From Nitrospirota bacterium (GTDB lineage: Bacteria > Nitrospirota > UBA9217): a stretch of DNA of 64,000 bases. The position numbers and the translations under genes were made by a program. The stretch is taken from positions 64,001-128,000 of the forward strand of contig JAOUEV010000002.1 of NCBI GenBank assembly GCA_029858565.1, given 5' to 3'. The notes under the pieces are model-generated. The model was not told where the DNA came from and did not search any database. It worked only from the letters and a program-made list of their open reading frames with translations. Positions 10,303-20,800 of this stretch are shown one piece after another (position 1 is the stretch's first letter; the number at the start of each line of letters is the position of its first letter).

Positions 10303-12021
10303 ATGAAGGCCAAGCGCAAGAAAACGTCCTCGTCGAAAGCGTCCTCGAAAAAAAGCGCGAAGAGAACAGGCGCTCGAACCTCTGTTGACAGATGCTCGGT
10401 CGATGTCCTGCGCGCGCAGGCTCAGGCCCTGAAGGAACTTCTATCTCTGCACAAGGCCAAACAGGCATTCCTCTCCGGTCAGCCGGCAGCAGATATGAAC
10501 CGGCTGCTCTCCGATTACCTCAATGTCATCCTGAGCCTTACCGGTACGACCGCGGGCACCATCTTTCTCCGGGAAGAGAATGAGCTGGTGTTCCGCGCCG
10601 TGCGCGGACCGCGGGCCAGGGCGCTGATCAACAGGCGGCTCTCCCTGAGCGAAGGGATCGCCGGCTGGGTCGCACGGAACGGAAAGACCTGTGTGAGCAG
10701 GGATGTGGCAAAGGATGTGCGATGGAGCAGCAGGATCAGCGCCGAACTCAAGGTCCCGACCGTGAACATCCTTGCCGCGCCCCTGCGGATCGCTGACGGC
10801 GTCATCGGGGTTATCGAGGTCCTGAACAAGAAGAACGGCCTGCCCTTTGACAAGACCGACCGGGAGCTGCTCGAGACACTGTCGGGCCAGCTGGCCCTTG
10901 ATGTCGCCTATGTCCAGTCCCTGATCAGGACGCGCCGGGACGCCGAGCGCAAGGCCATGCAGGCGCAGTTCTCCATGGTGCTCAACTCGACCCTTGACCA
11001 GCGCGAGGTGCGCAAGCGGGCCATGGAGGCGGCAACGAACCTCATGGATGCCGAGGTGGGGTCCCTGCTGCTGGTGGATGAACAGTCAAATGAGCTCTTC
11101 TTCGAGGTTGCGCTCGGCGACAAAGGGGACCAGCTGAAGCAGGTTCGCCTCAAGATGGGCGAAGGCATCGCAGGCTGGGTTGCGGCGAACGACCAGGCCG
11201 CCATTGTCAACGACGTGGCCAACGACCCGCGGCACTTCAAAAAGGCGCAGAACATCATCCAGTTCGTCACGCGAAACATGATCTGCGTGCCGGTCCGGGT
11301 GCGGGGACGGGTGCTCGGGGTTCTCGAGGCGATCAACAAGCGGGACAACAGCTTGTTCACCGAGCAGGACCTGGAGGCTTTCTGGATGCTGGCAAACCAG
11401 GTCGCGGTCGCGCTCGAGAACGCGAACCTCTACGCGGAACTGCAGGAGACCTTTGTGAACACCGCTGAGGCCCTTGCCGCGGCCGTTGAGAAGAAGGACC
11501 CCTATACGGGCGGGCATATCATGCGCGTGGTGGAATACAGCCTGGCCATCGCCAAGCACCTGGCCGTTCCGTTGCCGGACATGGATCAGCTCCGGCTCGC
11601 GGCGGTGCTTCACGATATCGGCAAGATCGGGGTGAAGGACAGCGTTCTGCTGAAACAGGGCAAGCTGACGCCCGAGGAATTCGCGCACATGCGGGAGCAT
11701 CCGGTGGTCGGGGACGACATCATCGCGCATATCAACCAGATGCACAAGGTGCGGCGGGCGATGCGGGCCCACCACGAGAAATGGGACGGCAGCGGCTATC
11801 CCGACGGCTTGCGGGGAGATCAGATACCGCTCCACGCGAGGATCATCCTCGTGGCCGATACGCTCGATGCCATAACCACGGACCGGCCCTATCGAAAAGC
11901 GGCGGACCTTCAGACGGCCCAGGAGGAGATCAAGCGCTTCATGGGCAAGGAGTTCGACCCGCGGGTGGCCGAGGCGTTCTTCCGGGCCTGCGAAAAAGGG
12001 GACATCACGATCAGCAAGTGA
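10303..12021 (+). CDS. GAF-GAF-HD-GYP cyclic-dinucleotide phosphodiesterase
   Basis: Two GAF domains (GIAGWVA...GVIEVLNK; GIAGWVA...GVLEAINK). Intact HDIGK and HHEKWDGSGYPDGL. Confidence 0.92.
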   Translation: MKAKRKKTSSSKASSKKSAKRTGARTSVDRCSVDVLRAQAQALKELLSLHKAKQAFLSGQPAADMNRLLSDYLNVILSLTGTTAGTIFLREENELVFRAVRGPRARALINRRLSLSEGIAGWVARNGKTCVSRDVAKDVRWSSRISAELKVPTVNILAAPLRIADGVIGVIEVLNKKNGLPFDKTDRELLETLSGQLALDVAYVQSLIRTRRDAERKAMQAQFSMVLNSTLDQREVRKRAMEAATNLMDAEVGSLLLVDEQSNELFFEVALGDKGDQLKQVRLKMGEGIAGWVAANDQAAIVNDVANDPRHFKKAQNIIQFVTRNMICVPVRVRGRVLGVLEAINKRDNSLFTEQDLEAFWMLANQVAVALENANLYAELQETFVNTAEALAAAVEKKDPYTGGHIMRVVEYSLAIAKHLAVPLPDMDQLRLAAVLHDIGKIGVKDSVLLKQGKLTPEEFAHMREHPVVGDDIIAHINQMHKVRRAMRAHHEKWDGSGYPDGLRGDQIPLHARIILVADTLDAITTDRPYRKAADLQTAQEEIKRFMGKEFDPRVAEAFFRACEKGDITISK

Positions 12022-12023
12022 TC

Positions 12024-12119
12024 ATTGCGGATTGTGGATTGCGGAATGCGGATTGAAAGTCCGGTTTGGACGATCGAGGTGAATCTGCAATCCGAAATCT
12101 GCAATCCGAAATCGAAAAT
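12024..12119. repeat. Intergenic heptamer-repeat inverted element
   Basis: ATTGCGG ATTGTGG ATTGCGG AATGCGG ... AATCTGC AATCCGA AATCTGC AATCCGA AATCGAA. Confidence 0.8.
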
Positions 12120-12135
12120 TGTAAGGGGGTAGGGT

Positions 12136-12777
12136 ATGGCTGAAGCATCACAGATGTTCGCCAAGTTCGGGAAGCATTTTCCCGCGGGCACCGTCCTGTT
12201 CAATGACGGGGACAGCGGCGAAGAGATGTTCATCGTTCAGTCCGGGAAAGTGAAGATCAGCAAGAAGATACGCGGCGTGGAAAAGACTCTGGCGACACTT
12301 GAAAAGGGCGAGTTCTTCGGCGAAATGGCGATCCTGAACGACAAGCCCCGTTCCGCCAGCGCGGAGGCGATCGAGGACTGCGAAATGCTGGTCATCGACC
12401 GAAAGACCTTTGAGACGCTGCTCCGGAGCAACGTGGAGATCGCCATCCGGTTCATCAAGCGACTTGCCGACCGGCTGCGCGAGGCCAACGACCAGATGGA
12501 AGCGCTGATGATCAAGGATAACACGAGCCGTCTGCTCAACATCCTCTCGAAAAAGGTGCGGGAGTCAAAGAGCGATCAGATGTCCCTTGCCATAGAGGAC
12601 CTGGGCGGGATGGCGGGCATCGACGGCGGCCAGGCGCGGATGATCCTGGAAAAGCTGGCCAGCGTGCGCATACTCTCGCTGACGGCCGACGACCGTATCG
12701 TCATCTCAAGCAAGGACCAGGTTGACCGGCTGCTCAGGTATCTGGAAATGCGCGAGATCTTCGGCGAAATGGTGTAG
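12136..12777 (+). CDS. CRP/FNR-family cyclic-nucleotide-binding protein
   Basis: GEFFGEMAILNDKPRSASA phosphate-binding cassette; C-terminal HTH-like region. Confidence 0.88.
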   Translation: MAEASQMFAKFGKHFPAGTVLFNDGDSGEEMFIVQSGKVKISKKIRGVEKTLATLEKGEFFGEMAILNDKPRSASAEAIEDCEMLVIDRKTFETLLRSNVEIAIRFIKRLADRLREANDQMEALMIKDNTSRLLNILSKKVRESKSDQMSLAIEDLGGMAGIDGGQARMILEKLASVRILSLTADDRIVISSKDQVDRLLRYLEMREIFGEMV

Positions 12778-12824
12778 GGGCAGCGACAAGTGACGAGAGA
12801 TAAGAGAGGGAGGAACCGGGAACC

Positions 12825-14714
12825 ATGAGCCTGCCCAATAGCAAGCGCACGGGGATCTATATCGCGCTGATCGTGGCGATCACGCTATCCTTGTTCCATG
12901 TCACCAGCTTCCGGTTCTTCGATATCCTGGATCAGAAGACCCTTGATCTGCAGTTCGCGCTGCGCGGTCCCCTCGCACCGGGTCCGGAAACGGTCATTGC
13001 AGCCATCGATGAAAAGAGCATCAGCCGCCTGGGCAGGTTTCCCTGGCCCCGTTCCACCTGGGGACGGATCGTCGACCGGCTGACCGAAGAGGGCGCGAAA
13101 GTGATCGTTTTCGATGTTTTCTTCACCGAGCCGGAGAATGTTACGTCCGACGACCAGTTCCAGAAGGCCATACGGGAAAGCGGGCGGGTCGTGCTGCCCA
13201 TGGTCTTTGACCTCCAGGGGGCCTTTGGCGAGACGGGCTTCACCGACCAGAAGGTGGATTTTCTGATGCCCGCGGCCTATAGCGCGTTCCGCAATCCCGA
13301 GCAGGACGCGATCCCCGAGGCAAAAATGGTGCTGCCCTCGCTGATGCGGTTCTCGACCTATGCCAAGACGCTGGCGCACATCAATATGAATCCCGACAGT
13401 GACGGCACCCTTCGCTGGGAGATGCTCGCGGTCAAGTATAAGGATGATTACTACGCGCCCATAGGACTCCAGGCGGCTCGGCTCTTTCTTGACCTGCCGA
13501 GCGAACGCATGGTCCTCGACATGGCCGGCGGCGTCACGATGAACAACACGGTCATTCCTACCGACGCGTACGGCCGCATGCTGATCAACTACCGCGGTCC
13601 GAACAAGACCTTTCCGATGTATTCCCTGTCGGACCTCCTGGACCGCACCCTGCCCGCGGGGACCCTCAAGAACAAGGTCATCCTGATCGGCGCGACTGCG
13701 ATCGGCATCTATGATCTGCGTGTGACGCCCTATTCCACGAACATGGCGGGGATCGAGAAACATGCCAACGTGGTTGACAATATCCTTCACGGCGATTTCC
13801 TCCACCGTGCGGCTGATTACGACATTCCGCTGATCTTCCTGTTCACGCTGGTCATGGGCGCGTTGCTTCCCCGGCTCGGCGCCAAGGAGGGGGGGCTGCT
13901 GTTCCTGGCCCTGCTGGCCGGGTTCTCCGGTTTTGTGTACTACCTTTTTGCTGCCCGGGGGGTCTGGTTCAGCTGGGTCTACCCGGCATCAGCTATCTTT
14001 TTCGGCTACATGAGCCAGACAGCCTATCGGTTCTTCACCGAGGAGCGCCGCGCCCGGGATATCCGGAAGATGTTCTCGAGCTACGTGTCCAAACGCATCG
14101 TTGATGAACTGATCCGCGACCCCAGCAAGATGAAGCTCGGCGGAGACCGCAAGGAATTGACGGTGCTGTTCTCGGATATACGGGGATTTACCACCTTTTC
14201 GGAGAAACACCAGCCCGAAGAGGTCGTGTCCCAGTTGAACGAATACCTGGGGGCCATGACGCATGTCGTGTTCGAGCACGAGGGGACGCTGGACAAGTTC
14301 GTCGGCGACGCGGTGATGGCGTTTTGGGGGGCTCCCCTGGACCAGCAGGACCACGCTGTCCGGTGCGTACGGTGCGCACTGGATATGATCAAGAAGCTCA
14401 AGGCGCTTCAGGAGAAGTGGGCCGCGGAAGGGAAGCATGTCATTGATATCGGCGTGGGCATCAACAGCGGCGATATGATCGTCGGGAACATGGGAGCGGA
14501 AGGGAAAAAGATGGATTTCACCGTGATCGGCGACAACGTGAACCTCGCAGCGAGGGTGGAGGGCTTGACAAGACAGCATAACTGTCATATTATCATTACG
14601 GAATACACCTATGCCAAGGTCAAAGATGTTGTGAATGTTCAGGAATTGGGCGCGGTCACGGTCAAGGGAAAAGCGCAGCCCGTGTTCATGTACGCGGTTC
14701 TCAGCGAGAAATAA
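12825..14714 (+). CDS. CHASE2-domain class III adenylate cyclase
   Basis: CHASE2 (IDEKS..GRFPWPR, DSDGTLR, LIGATA), three TM segments, then FSDIRGFT, DKFVGDAVMA, DFTVIGDNVNLAARVE. Confidence 0.93.
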   Translation: MSLPNSKRTGIYIALIVAITLSLFHVTSFRFFDILDQKTLDLQFALRGPLAPGPETVIAAIDEKSISRLGRFPWPRSTWGRIVDRLTEEGAKVIVFDVFFTEPENVTSDDQFQKAIRESGRVVLPMVFDLQGAFGETGFTDQKVDFLMPAAYSAFRNPEQDAIPEAKMVLPSLMRFSTYAKTLAHINMNPDSDGTLRWEMLAVKYKDDYYAPIGLQAARLFLDLPSERMVLDMAGGVTMNNTVIPTDAYGRMLINYRGPNKTFPMYSLSDLLDRTLPAGTLKNKVILIGATAIGIYDLRVTPYSTNMAGIEKHANVVDNILHGDFLHRAADYDIPLIFLFTLVMGALLPRLGAKEGGLLFLALLAGFSGFVYYLFAARGVWFSWVYPASAIFFGYMSQTAYRFFTEERRARDIRKMFSSYVSKRIVDELIRDPSKMKLGGDRKELTVLFSDIRGFTTFSEKHQPEEVVSQLNEYLGAMTHVVFEHEGTLDKFVGDAVMAFWGAPLDQQDHAVRCVRCALDMIKKLKALQEKWAAEGKHVIDIGVGINSGDMIVGNMGAEGKKMDFTVIGDNVNLAARVEGLTRQHNCHIIITEYTYAKVKDVVNVQELGAVTVKGKAQPVFMYAVLSEK

Positions 14715-14777
14715 CAGTACGCATCGCCGCACACGGTCCGATGCGATGAGCCAAGTTTACGGTCACAGGGAGGGCCG

Positions 14778-15545
14778 ATGAAGGTCAAAGTTCTGGGATG
14801 CTCGGGATCCGAAACGATCGGTCACAATCCGCCGGGATTTCTGGTCAACGACACCGTTATGCTCGACGCGGGGACCATTACCGCGGCGCTGACGATCGAA
14901 CAGCAGAGCAGGATCACCGATGTTTTCATCAGCCATACCCATCTGGACCACCTCAAGAGCCTGTTGTTCCTGGCCGACAATGTCATCGGACGGATCAGGA
15001 AACCCGTGAAGATCCATTCGATACCCAAGGTTCTTGACGCTATCAGAAAGCATCTCATGAACGAGCTGATCTGGCCGGATTTCACGAAAATACCGACACC
15101 CAAGAATCCGGTGCTCGCGTACGCTCCCTTCGCCGCCATGAAGACTATCCGGGTCGCTGGCCTCTCGGTCAAGGCGGTGCCCATGAACCACCCGGTCCCC
15201 GCCGTCGGCTTCCTGGTGAGCGACGGCAAGACCTCGTTCATCTATACGGCTGACACCGGGCCGAACGAGCGGATCTGGAAAGAGGCCGCAAAAGCGAAGA
15301 ACCTGAAAGGGATCATCGTGGACACATCGTTTCCCAACAGCCTGGGTTTTATCGCTGACGCGAGCGGCCACTTCACTCCGGGACAGCTTGCGGCGGACCT
15401 GGCCAGGGCGAATGTCGGCTACGATGTCCCGATCTATATCTATCACATCAAGCCTGTGCACAAGAAGAAGGTCATTTCCGAGCTTCGCGCCATGGGCAGA
15501 AAGAACGTCAAGATCCTGCAGGAAGGAAAGACTTACACGTTCTAG
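14778..15545 (+). CDS. Class II 3',5'-cyclic-nucleotide phosphodiesterase (metallo-beta-lactamase fold)
   Basis: VLGCSG, DAGT, SHTHLDH, N.LIWPDFT, ADTGP, SFPN, SGHFTP, YHIKP. Confidence 0.85.
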   Translation: MKVKVLGCSGSETIGHNPPGFLVNDTVMLDAGTITAALTIEQQSRITDVFISHTHLDHLKSLLFLADNVIGRIRKPVKIHSIPKVLDAIRKHLMNELIWPDFTKIPTPKNPVLAYAPFAAMKTIRVAGLSVKAVPMNHPVPAVGFLVSDGKTSFIYTADTGPNERIWKEAAKAKNLKGIIVDTSFPNSLGFIADASGHFTPGQLAADLARANVGYDVPIYIYHIKPVHKKKVISELRAMGRKNVKILQEGKTYTF

Positions 15546-15684
15546 ATCCGCTATCCCCGGTCCGCATACCTCAAGCACTGGTCATATCCAGGATTTCGCC
15601 GTCCGAAACCGTGGAAATTTGACCGTGTAAGCCTGGGATGCGGCAGGGATGCGCAGCTTGGGATCTGGAACTCGTCCTCTCATT

Positions 15685-16530
15685 ATGGCCTGGTTCAAAA
15701 AAGAACGTCCTGAAAAACTCGGCTCTGAAGCGCCGTCCAAGAAGGTCAAGATCCCCGAAGGTCTCTGGGTCAAGTGCGACAATTGCAAAGAGATCATCTA
15801 CCGGAAGGAAGTGGAGAAGAACTTCAAGGTATGTCCGAAGTGCGATTACCACTTCCGCATATCTGCCTCGGAGCGTCTTCCCTTTCTTGTCGATGAAGGA
15901 AGTTTTCTCGAAGTGGAGGACGGCCTCTCCCCCAAGGATTTCCTGAACTTCAAGGACTATAAGGACAAATTGAAGAGCAGCCGCAAGAAGACCGGTCTCA
16001 AGGATGCGGTCATCTCCGGAGAAGCCAGGATCGGCGGACACCCTGTCCAGATCGTGGTCATGGACTTCAACTTCATGGGCGGCAGCATGGGCTCTGTGGT
16101 CGGCGAGAAGATCACCCGCGCTGTCGAGCGGGCGATCGAAAAGAAAACCCCGTTCATCGCGGTCGCGGCATCGGGCGGCGCGCGCATGCAGGAAGGCATC
16201 CTCTCGCTCATGCAGATGGCCAAGACCTCGGCGGCCACGGCGCGGCTTGCCGACGCAGGGCTTCCGTACATCTCCATCCTCACCGATCCGACCTTCGGCG
16301 GAGTGACCGCGAGCTTCGCCATGCTGGGCGACCTCATCATCGCCGAGCCGAAGACGCTGATCGGTTTTGCCGGTCCCCGGGTCATTGAGCAGACGATCAA
16401 GCAGCAGCTTCCTGCGGGTTTTCAGCGCGCCGAGTTCCTTCTGGAACATGGTATGATCGACATGATCGTGTCGCGCAAGGACATGCACGGGACGCTTGCC
16501 AAGGTCCTGGAGTTCTTCTCGAATGCATGA
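15685..16530 (+). CDS. accD: Acetyl-CoA carboxylase carboxyltransferase beta subunit
   Basis: [10 protein letters not shown]...CPKC zinc finger, [33 protein letters not shown]. Confidence 0.97.
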   Translation: MAWFKKERPEKLGSEAPSKKVKIPEGLWVKCDNCKEIIYRKEVEKNFKVCPKCDYHFRISASERLPFLVDEGSFLEVEDGLSPKDFLNFKDYKDKLKSSRKKTGLKDAVISGEARIGGHPVQIVVMDFNFMGGSMGSVVGEKITRAVERAIEKKTPFIAVAASGGARMQEGILSLMQMAKTSAATARLADAGLPYISILTDPTFGGVTASFAMLGDLIIAEPKTLIGFAGPRVIEQTIKQQLPAGFQRAEFLLEHGMIDMIVSRKDMHGTLAKVLEFFSNA

Positions 16531-16741
16531 GCTGGGAAAGGGTCTCGTCGTCCTGGGGCTCCTATTGACGGCAGTCGGCGCAGCACTCCTGCTGGCTCAC
16601 AAACTTCCGCTCATCGGAAAACTGCCTGGCGACATCCTCATCAAGCGCGGGAATTTCACATTCTACGCGCCCCTTGCCACCGGGATCGTCCTGAGCCTGC
16701 TGGTCAGCCTTATCCTCTTTCTTATTGGAAAATTTCGGTAG
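16523..16741 (+). CDS. DUF2905 small membrane protein
   Basis: [22 protein letters not shown] between two hydrophobic helices; overlaps the accD stop. Confidence 0.85.
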   Translation: MHELGKGLVVLGLLLTAVGAALLLAHKLPLIGKLPGDILIKRGNFTFYAPLATGIVLSLLVSLILFLIGKFR

Positions 16742-16750
16742 CGTTTTTCC

Positions 16751-16806
16751 GTAAACTATCCTGTAAACTATCCCGCCTTGACAGTCGCCGTGATCGCAGA
16801 TATAGT
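16751..16806 (+). promoter_or_regulatory. Sigma70 promoter with upstream direct repeat
   Basis: GTAAACTATCC twice (16751-16761, 16763-16773), then TTGACA (16778), N17, TATAGT (16801). Confidence 0.75.
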
Positions 16807-16865
16807 CTAAGCATTCGCACTGCTCCATCAACCGCTTCCTCATATCTTCTTTCCGGAGGTGCAGC

Positions 16866-17762
16866 ATGGACCGCAGAGACTTCCTGAAAACCGCGGCGAT
16901 CAGCGGTGTGGGACTTGCCATCCCCGCACTCGATCCCCTTTCCGCGCTCGGTGAGCCCCGGCATCCGGACCTTGCTGTTGCGCAGGGACCATCCCCGGGA
17001 AAGACCGTCCGGGCGGCGATCGACGCTCTAGGCGGCATCAAACGGTTCATCAGCCGCGGCGATGTCGTGGTCGTGAAGCCGAACATCGCCTGGGACCGCG
17101 TTCCCGAGCAGGCCGGGGACACAAATCCCGAGGTGGTTGCGGCGGTGGTGAAGCTGTGCTATGAGGCGGGCGCAAGGAAGGTCAAGGTCTTTGACCGGCC
17201 GGTGAACGATCCGCGGCGCTGTTACATCCAGAGCGGGATCGAGCCTGCTGCAAAGGCTGTTGATGCTGATGTAAGCCACATGGATGAACGCAAGTTCCGG
17301 GACATTGCGGTCAACGGCCTTGCGCTCAAGACCTGGCCGCTCTACACGGAGGTGTTCGAGGCGGACAAGGTGATCAATGTCCCGATTGCCAAGCACCACG
17401 GCCTGGCAAAGCTCACGATGGCCATGAAGAACTGGATGGGCATCATGGGCGGATCGCGCAGGATGATCCACCAGAAGATCGATGAAAGCCTCGTGGACCT
17501 TGCCATGAAGGTGAAACCGGCGCTCACGGTCCTGGACGCGGTCCGCATACTGACCGCGAACGGCCCCCAGGGCGGGGACCTCAGGGACGTGAAAAAGCTC
17601 GACACGATCGTCGCCGGCATTGACCAGGTAGCCATTGATTCCTACGGCGCCACGCTCTTCGGCATGAAAGGGAGCGATCTGGGATATGTCCGCATTGCAG
17701 CGCAGCATGGATTCGGTGTGATGGACCTGAACAGGCTGAGTATCAAGAAGGTCAGCGTTTAA
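16866..17762 (+). CDS. Tat-exported DUF362-domain protein
   Basis: MDRRDFLK twin-arginine signal; VVVKPN, TNPEVV, INVPIAKHH, MKNWMG. Confidence 0.88.
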   Translation: MDRRDFLKTAAISGVGLAIPALDPLSALGEPRHPDLAVAQGPSPGKTVRAAIDALGGIKRFISRGDVVVVKPNIAWDRVPEQAGDTNPEVVAAVVKLCYEAGARKVKVFDRPVNDPRRCYIQSGIEPAAKAVDADVSHMDERKFRDIAVNGLALKTWPLYTEVFEADKVINVPIAKHHGLAKLTMAMKNWMGIMGGSRRMIHQKIDESLVDLAMKVKPALTVLDAVRILTANGPQGGDLRDVKKLDTIVAGIDQVAIDSYGATLFGMKGSDLGYVRIAAQHGFGVMDLNRLSIKKVSV

Positions 17763-17826
17763 CGTATCATTTCCTGCTGTTTGCTACAGCCTGACCTTGC
17801 ACGGCCAACTGTCTCTTGTATCCCGC

Positions 17827-20800
17827 TTATTGCCCCTTTTCTTCGTCAAGCACGGTCCTTATCTTTTTCAGCAGCGCGGGGATCGGCACGGGCTTGTAGA
17901 CCACGGGCACATTCTGTTCGAGCAGCGTCTTTTGACGGACCAGGTCGGGATCGTATCCGCTCGCAAAGATGACCTTGATGTCCGGCCGCGCAAGCCGGAT
18001 TTCGTCATAGGCGTCCTTGCCGTTCTTCCTCGGCATGATAAGGTCGAACAGGAGAAGCGCAATGCTGTCCTTGTTCTCCGCGAACTTCTCGATTGCGTCT
18101 ACCCCGTCCTCGGCCGTGATGACCCTATAGCCCATGTCCCGCAGTATATTCGCGGTGACGTTCCGGACGCTCTTGTTGTCTTCCGCCAAAAGGATCGTTT
18201 CCGGGCCGCCCACGGGCCGTTCCTCCGCGACGTTTTCCCTTTCCTCAATCGCGGCCCCCGCGATAACGGGCAGATAGATACGGAAGGTCGTTCCCTGGCC
18301 CGGCTCGCTGTATACAGTCACCAGCCCGTCATGCTGTTTCACGATGCCGTACACGACCGCCATGCCGAGCCCGGTGCCTTTCCCGACCTCTTTGGTCGTG
18401 AAGAAGGGCTCGAATATCCGCTGCCTTGTATCCTCATTCATTCCCCGGCCTGTGTCCGACACGGTTATCAAGGCATATTTGCCTGGCGTCCCGAGCCCAT
18501 GGGCGGAAGTGAATGTTTCATCCAGCAGGACCTGGTCCGTTGTTACGCTGAAAGCGCCCCCCTTCGGCATGGCGTCCCGGGCGTTCGTTGCCAGGTTCAT
18601 CAGCACCTGGTCGAGCTGGTGGGAATCCGCAAGAATGCGGATGGCCCCTCCGGACAGTCTGGTTTTAAATTCGATGTCCTCTCCGATCACTCTCGCCAGG
18701 AACCTGCCCAGTTTATGGATGTTCTCATTCAGATCCACGGATTTTCTGTTTATCGGCTGTTTTCTGCTGAACAGAAGGAGGTCCCTGGTAAGATGGACGG
18801 CCCGTTCCACCGATTCCAGGATGTCCCGGACGTTCTGGAGAAGGGGGTCGCCGGCCGGCATCTTCATGAGCAGCAGGTGGCCGGAGCCGGAGATGGCGGT
18901 AAGGATATTATTGAAATCATGGGCCACCCCGCCAGCAAGCGTCCCGATGGATTCCATCTTCTGGGCCTGGCGAAGCTGGTCTTCAAGCTTCTTGCGCCCG
19001 GTGATGTCCTGGAAAAAAGAGATGAATATCCCGCCGTGCTCGTGCAAATATTGGGCGCTTATTTCCAAGTCCATGATCGTCCCGTCCTTGCGCCGGTGCC
19101 TTGATTCAAACCGTTCATACCCCTGCCTGATGACTTTGTCGATATGCCGCGCGATCTCCTCCTGATTTTCCACGACATCCAGGTCCGCAACGCTCATCAG
19201 CATCAGCTCTTCGCGGCTGTAGCCGCTCATCCGGCAGTATGCGTCATTCACTTCAAGCAGCCGGCCATGGGAATCGCTGACCCAGAAACCGTCAATGGCG
19301 GTTTTCAGGATGTGCTGGTATCGCTGCTCCGCCTGCATGCGCTCGGTGATGTCCTGGAAAATACAGTATGCGAAAACGCGCCCGCCGAGTTCAAGCGCCT
19401 TCACCGATACATGGACATTCCTGAGCTCGCCGCTCTTTGTGCGGTGCAGGGTGTCGAAATCGTCGCCGCCGTCGCGCAATATTTTATCGATGCGTCTTTC
19501 CGTGTCCTCCGGCCGCTCCAGCACTTCGTAGTCGGAGATTCTCAGGGCGGCGAACTCTTCCCGCGTGTACCCCAATTGCCTGTGGGCGACTTCATTCGTT
19601 TCGACGGCCTTTCCTGTTTCAAAATCAATCAGCAAAACGCCGTTCGGCGACTGCTCGAATAACAGGCGATAGCGCGCTTCCGCGTCCCGCAGCGCCTGCT
19701 CGGCGCGTTTGCTTTCCGTGACGTCCAGCAGGACTAAGAGCAAGGCCTCGACGTTGCCGTCGGCATCCTTGAGCGGATGGAGCGTCCAATCCCAATAGGT
19801 GATGCCCCATTCCGGGTGACCGGGATTTGCGAACGGTTTTGCCCGGATCATGAATGCGTTCCCTGTTTTTACCACCTCGCGAAAGATGGCTTCATTTTCA
19901 GCGTTCGGATACAGCTGGAAATGGTTTTTGCCCGGGAAGAAGTCCTCCGGGCAGCCGCACGCTTTTGCATATGCCGTATTGACCCGTATGAAATTGAATT
20001 CCCTGTCGAGATAAACAAGGCTGAAATGCGTTGTCGCGAAGATCCTTTCGAGCAGTTCGCTTTTACTCCGCAATATTTGTTCCGCTCTCTTGTTCTCGGT
20101 AATGTCCTGGATAAAACCATAGACCCTGCGGTGTTCCAGGTCCGCTTTTCCCCGGACATGAACGCTCCGGCGATTGCCCTTGGCAGTGATGATCTCCAGT
20201 CTCTCATCAAACGGCTCTCCGTGCTCGACAGCCCGATGCACGGCCCGTTCAATAAGCGGCCGGGAAGCGGGAGTATAGAAATCGGTCACCTTTCCCGCTG
20301 TCGGATCGTAGGCGAGGTCCGCTTCATGAAGGTTATAGAGTTCCTCCGTCCAGGTCAGTTTTCCGGTGTCGATATTCAATTCCCAGCCGCCGACCTTTCC
20401 GAGCTTTTCGGTTTCCGCGAGCATGTGCCGGCCCTTATCCAGAGCCTCTGCCGCCTGAAACCGCTCGCGGTAATAAAGAAGGGCCTGCTGACGCCAGACA
20501 AAGGCAAGGCCCGCGCCCGCGCCGAAGAGCAGCGCCGCCACAAGCCCGAGGAACGTCCATAAACGCTCTCGCATCGGCGCATACACCTCCGAGGCGTTCA
20601 TGCGGGTCACCAGAAACCACGGCGAGCCGGGCACGGCCCGTACGTCGGCGATGACCTGTTCGTTTTGGTGGTCCGGACCTTCCACGATCCCGGTCCGCCC
20701 CAGCGCAGCCATTACAGGCGGGACATCCGTCCTGGTAAGAGGGATACGGAGCCTGAGCGCCGCGTCTTTTCTGAATTTAAGCTCGTTCAGATAAAGAACG

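Noticed and set aside
17763-17826. Attachment site or target duplication at the left edge of the signalling block
   Set aside because: No matching repeat found near 36160-36510, and no tRNA or integrase.
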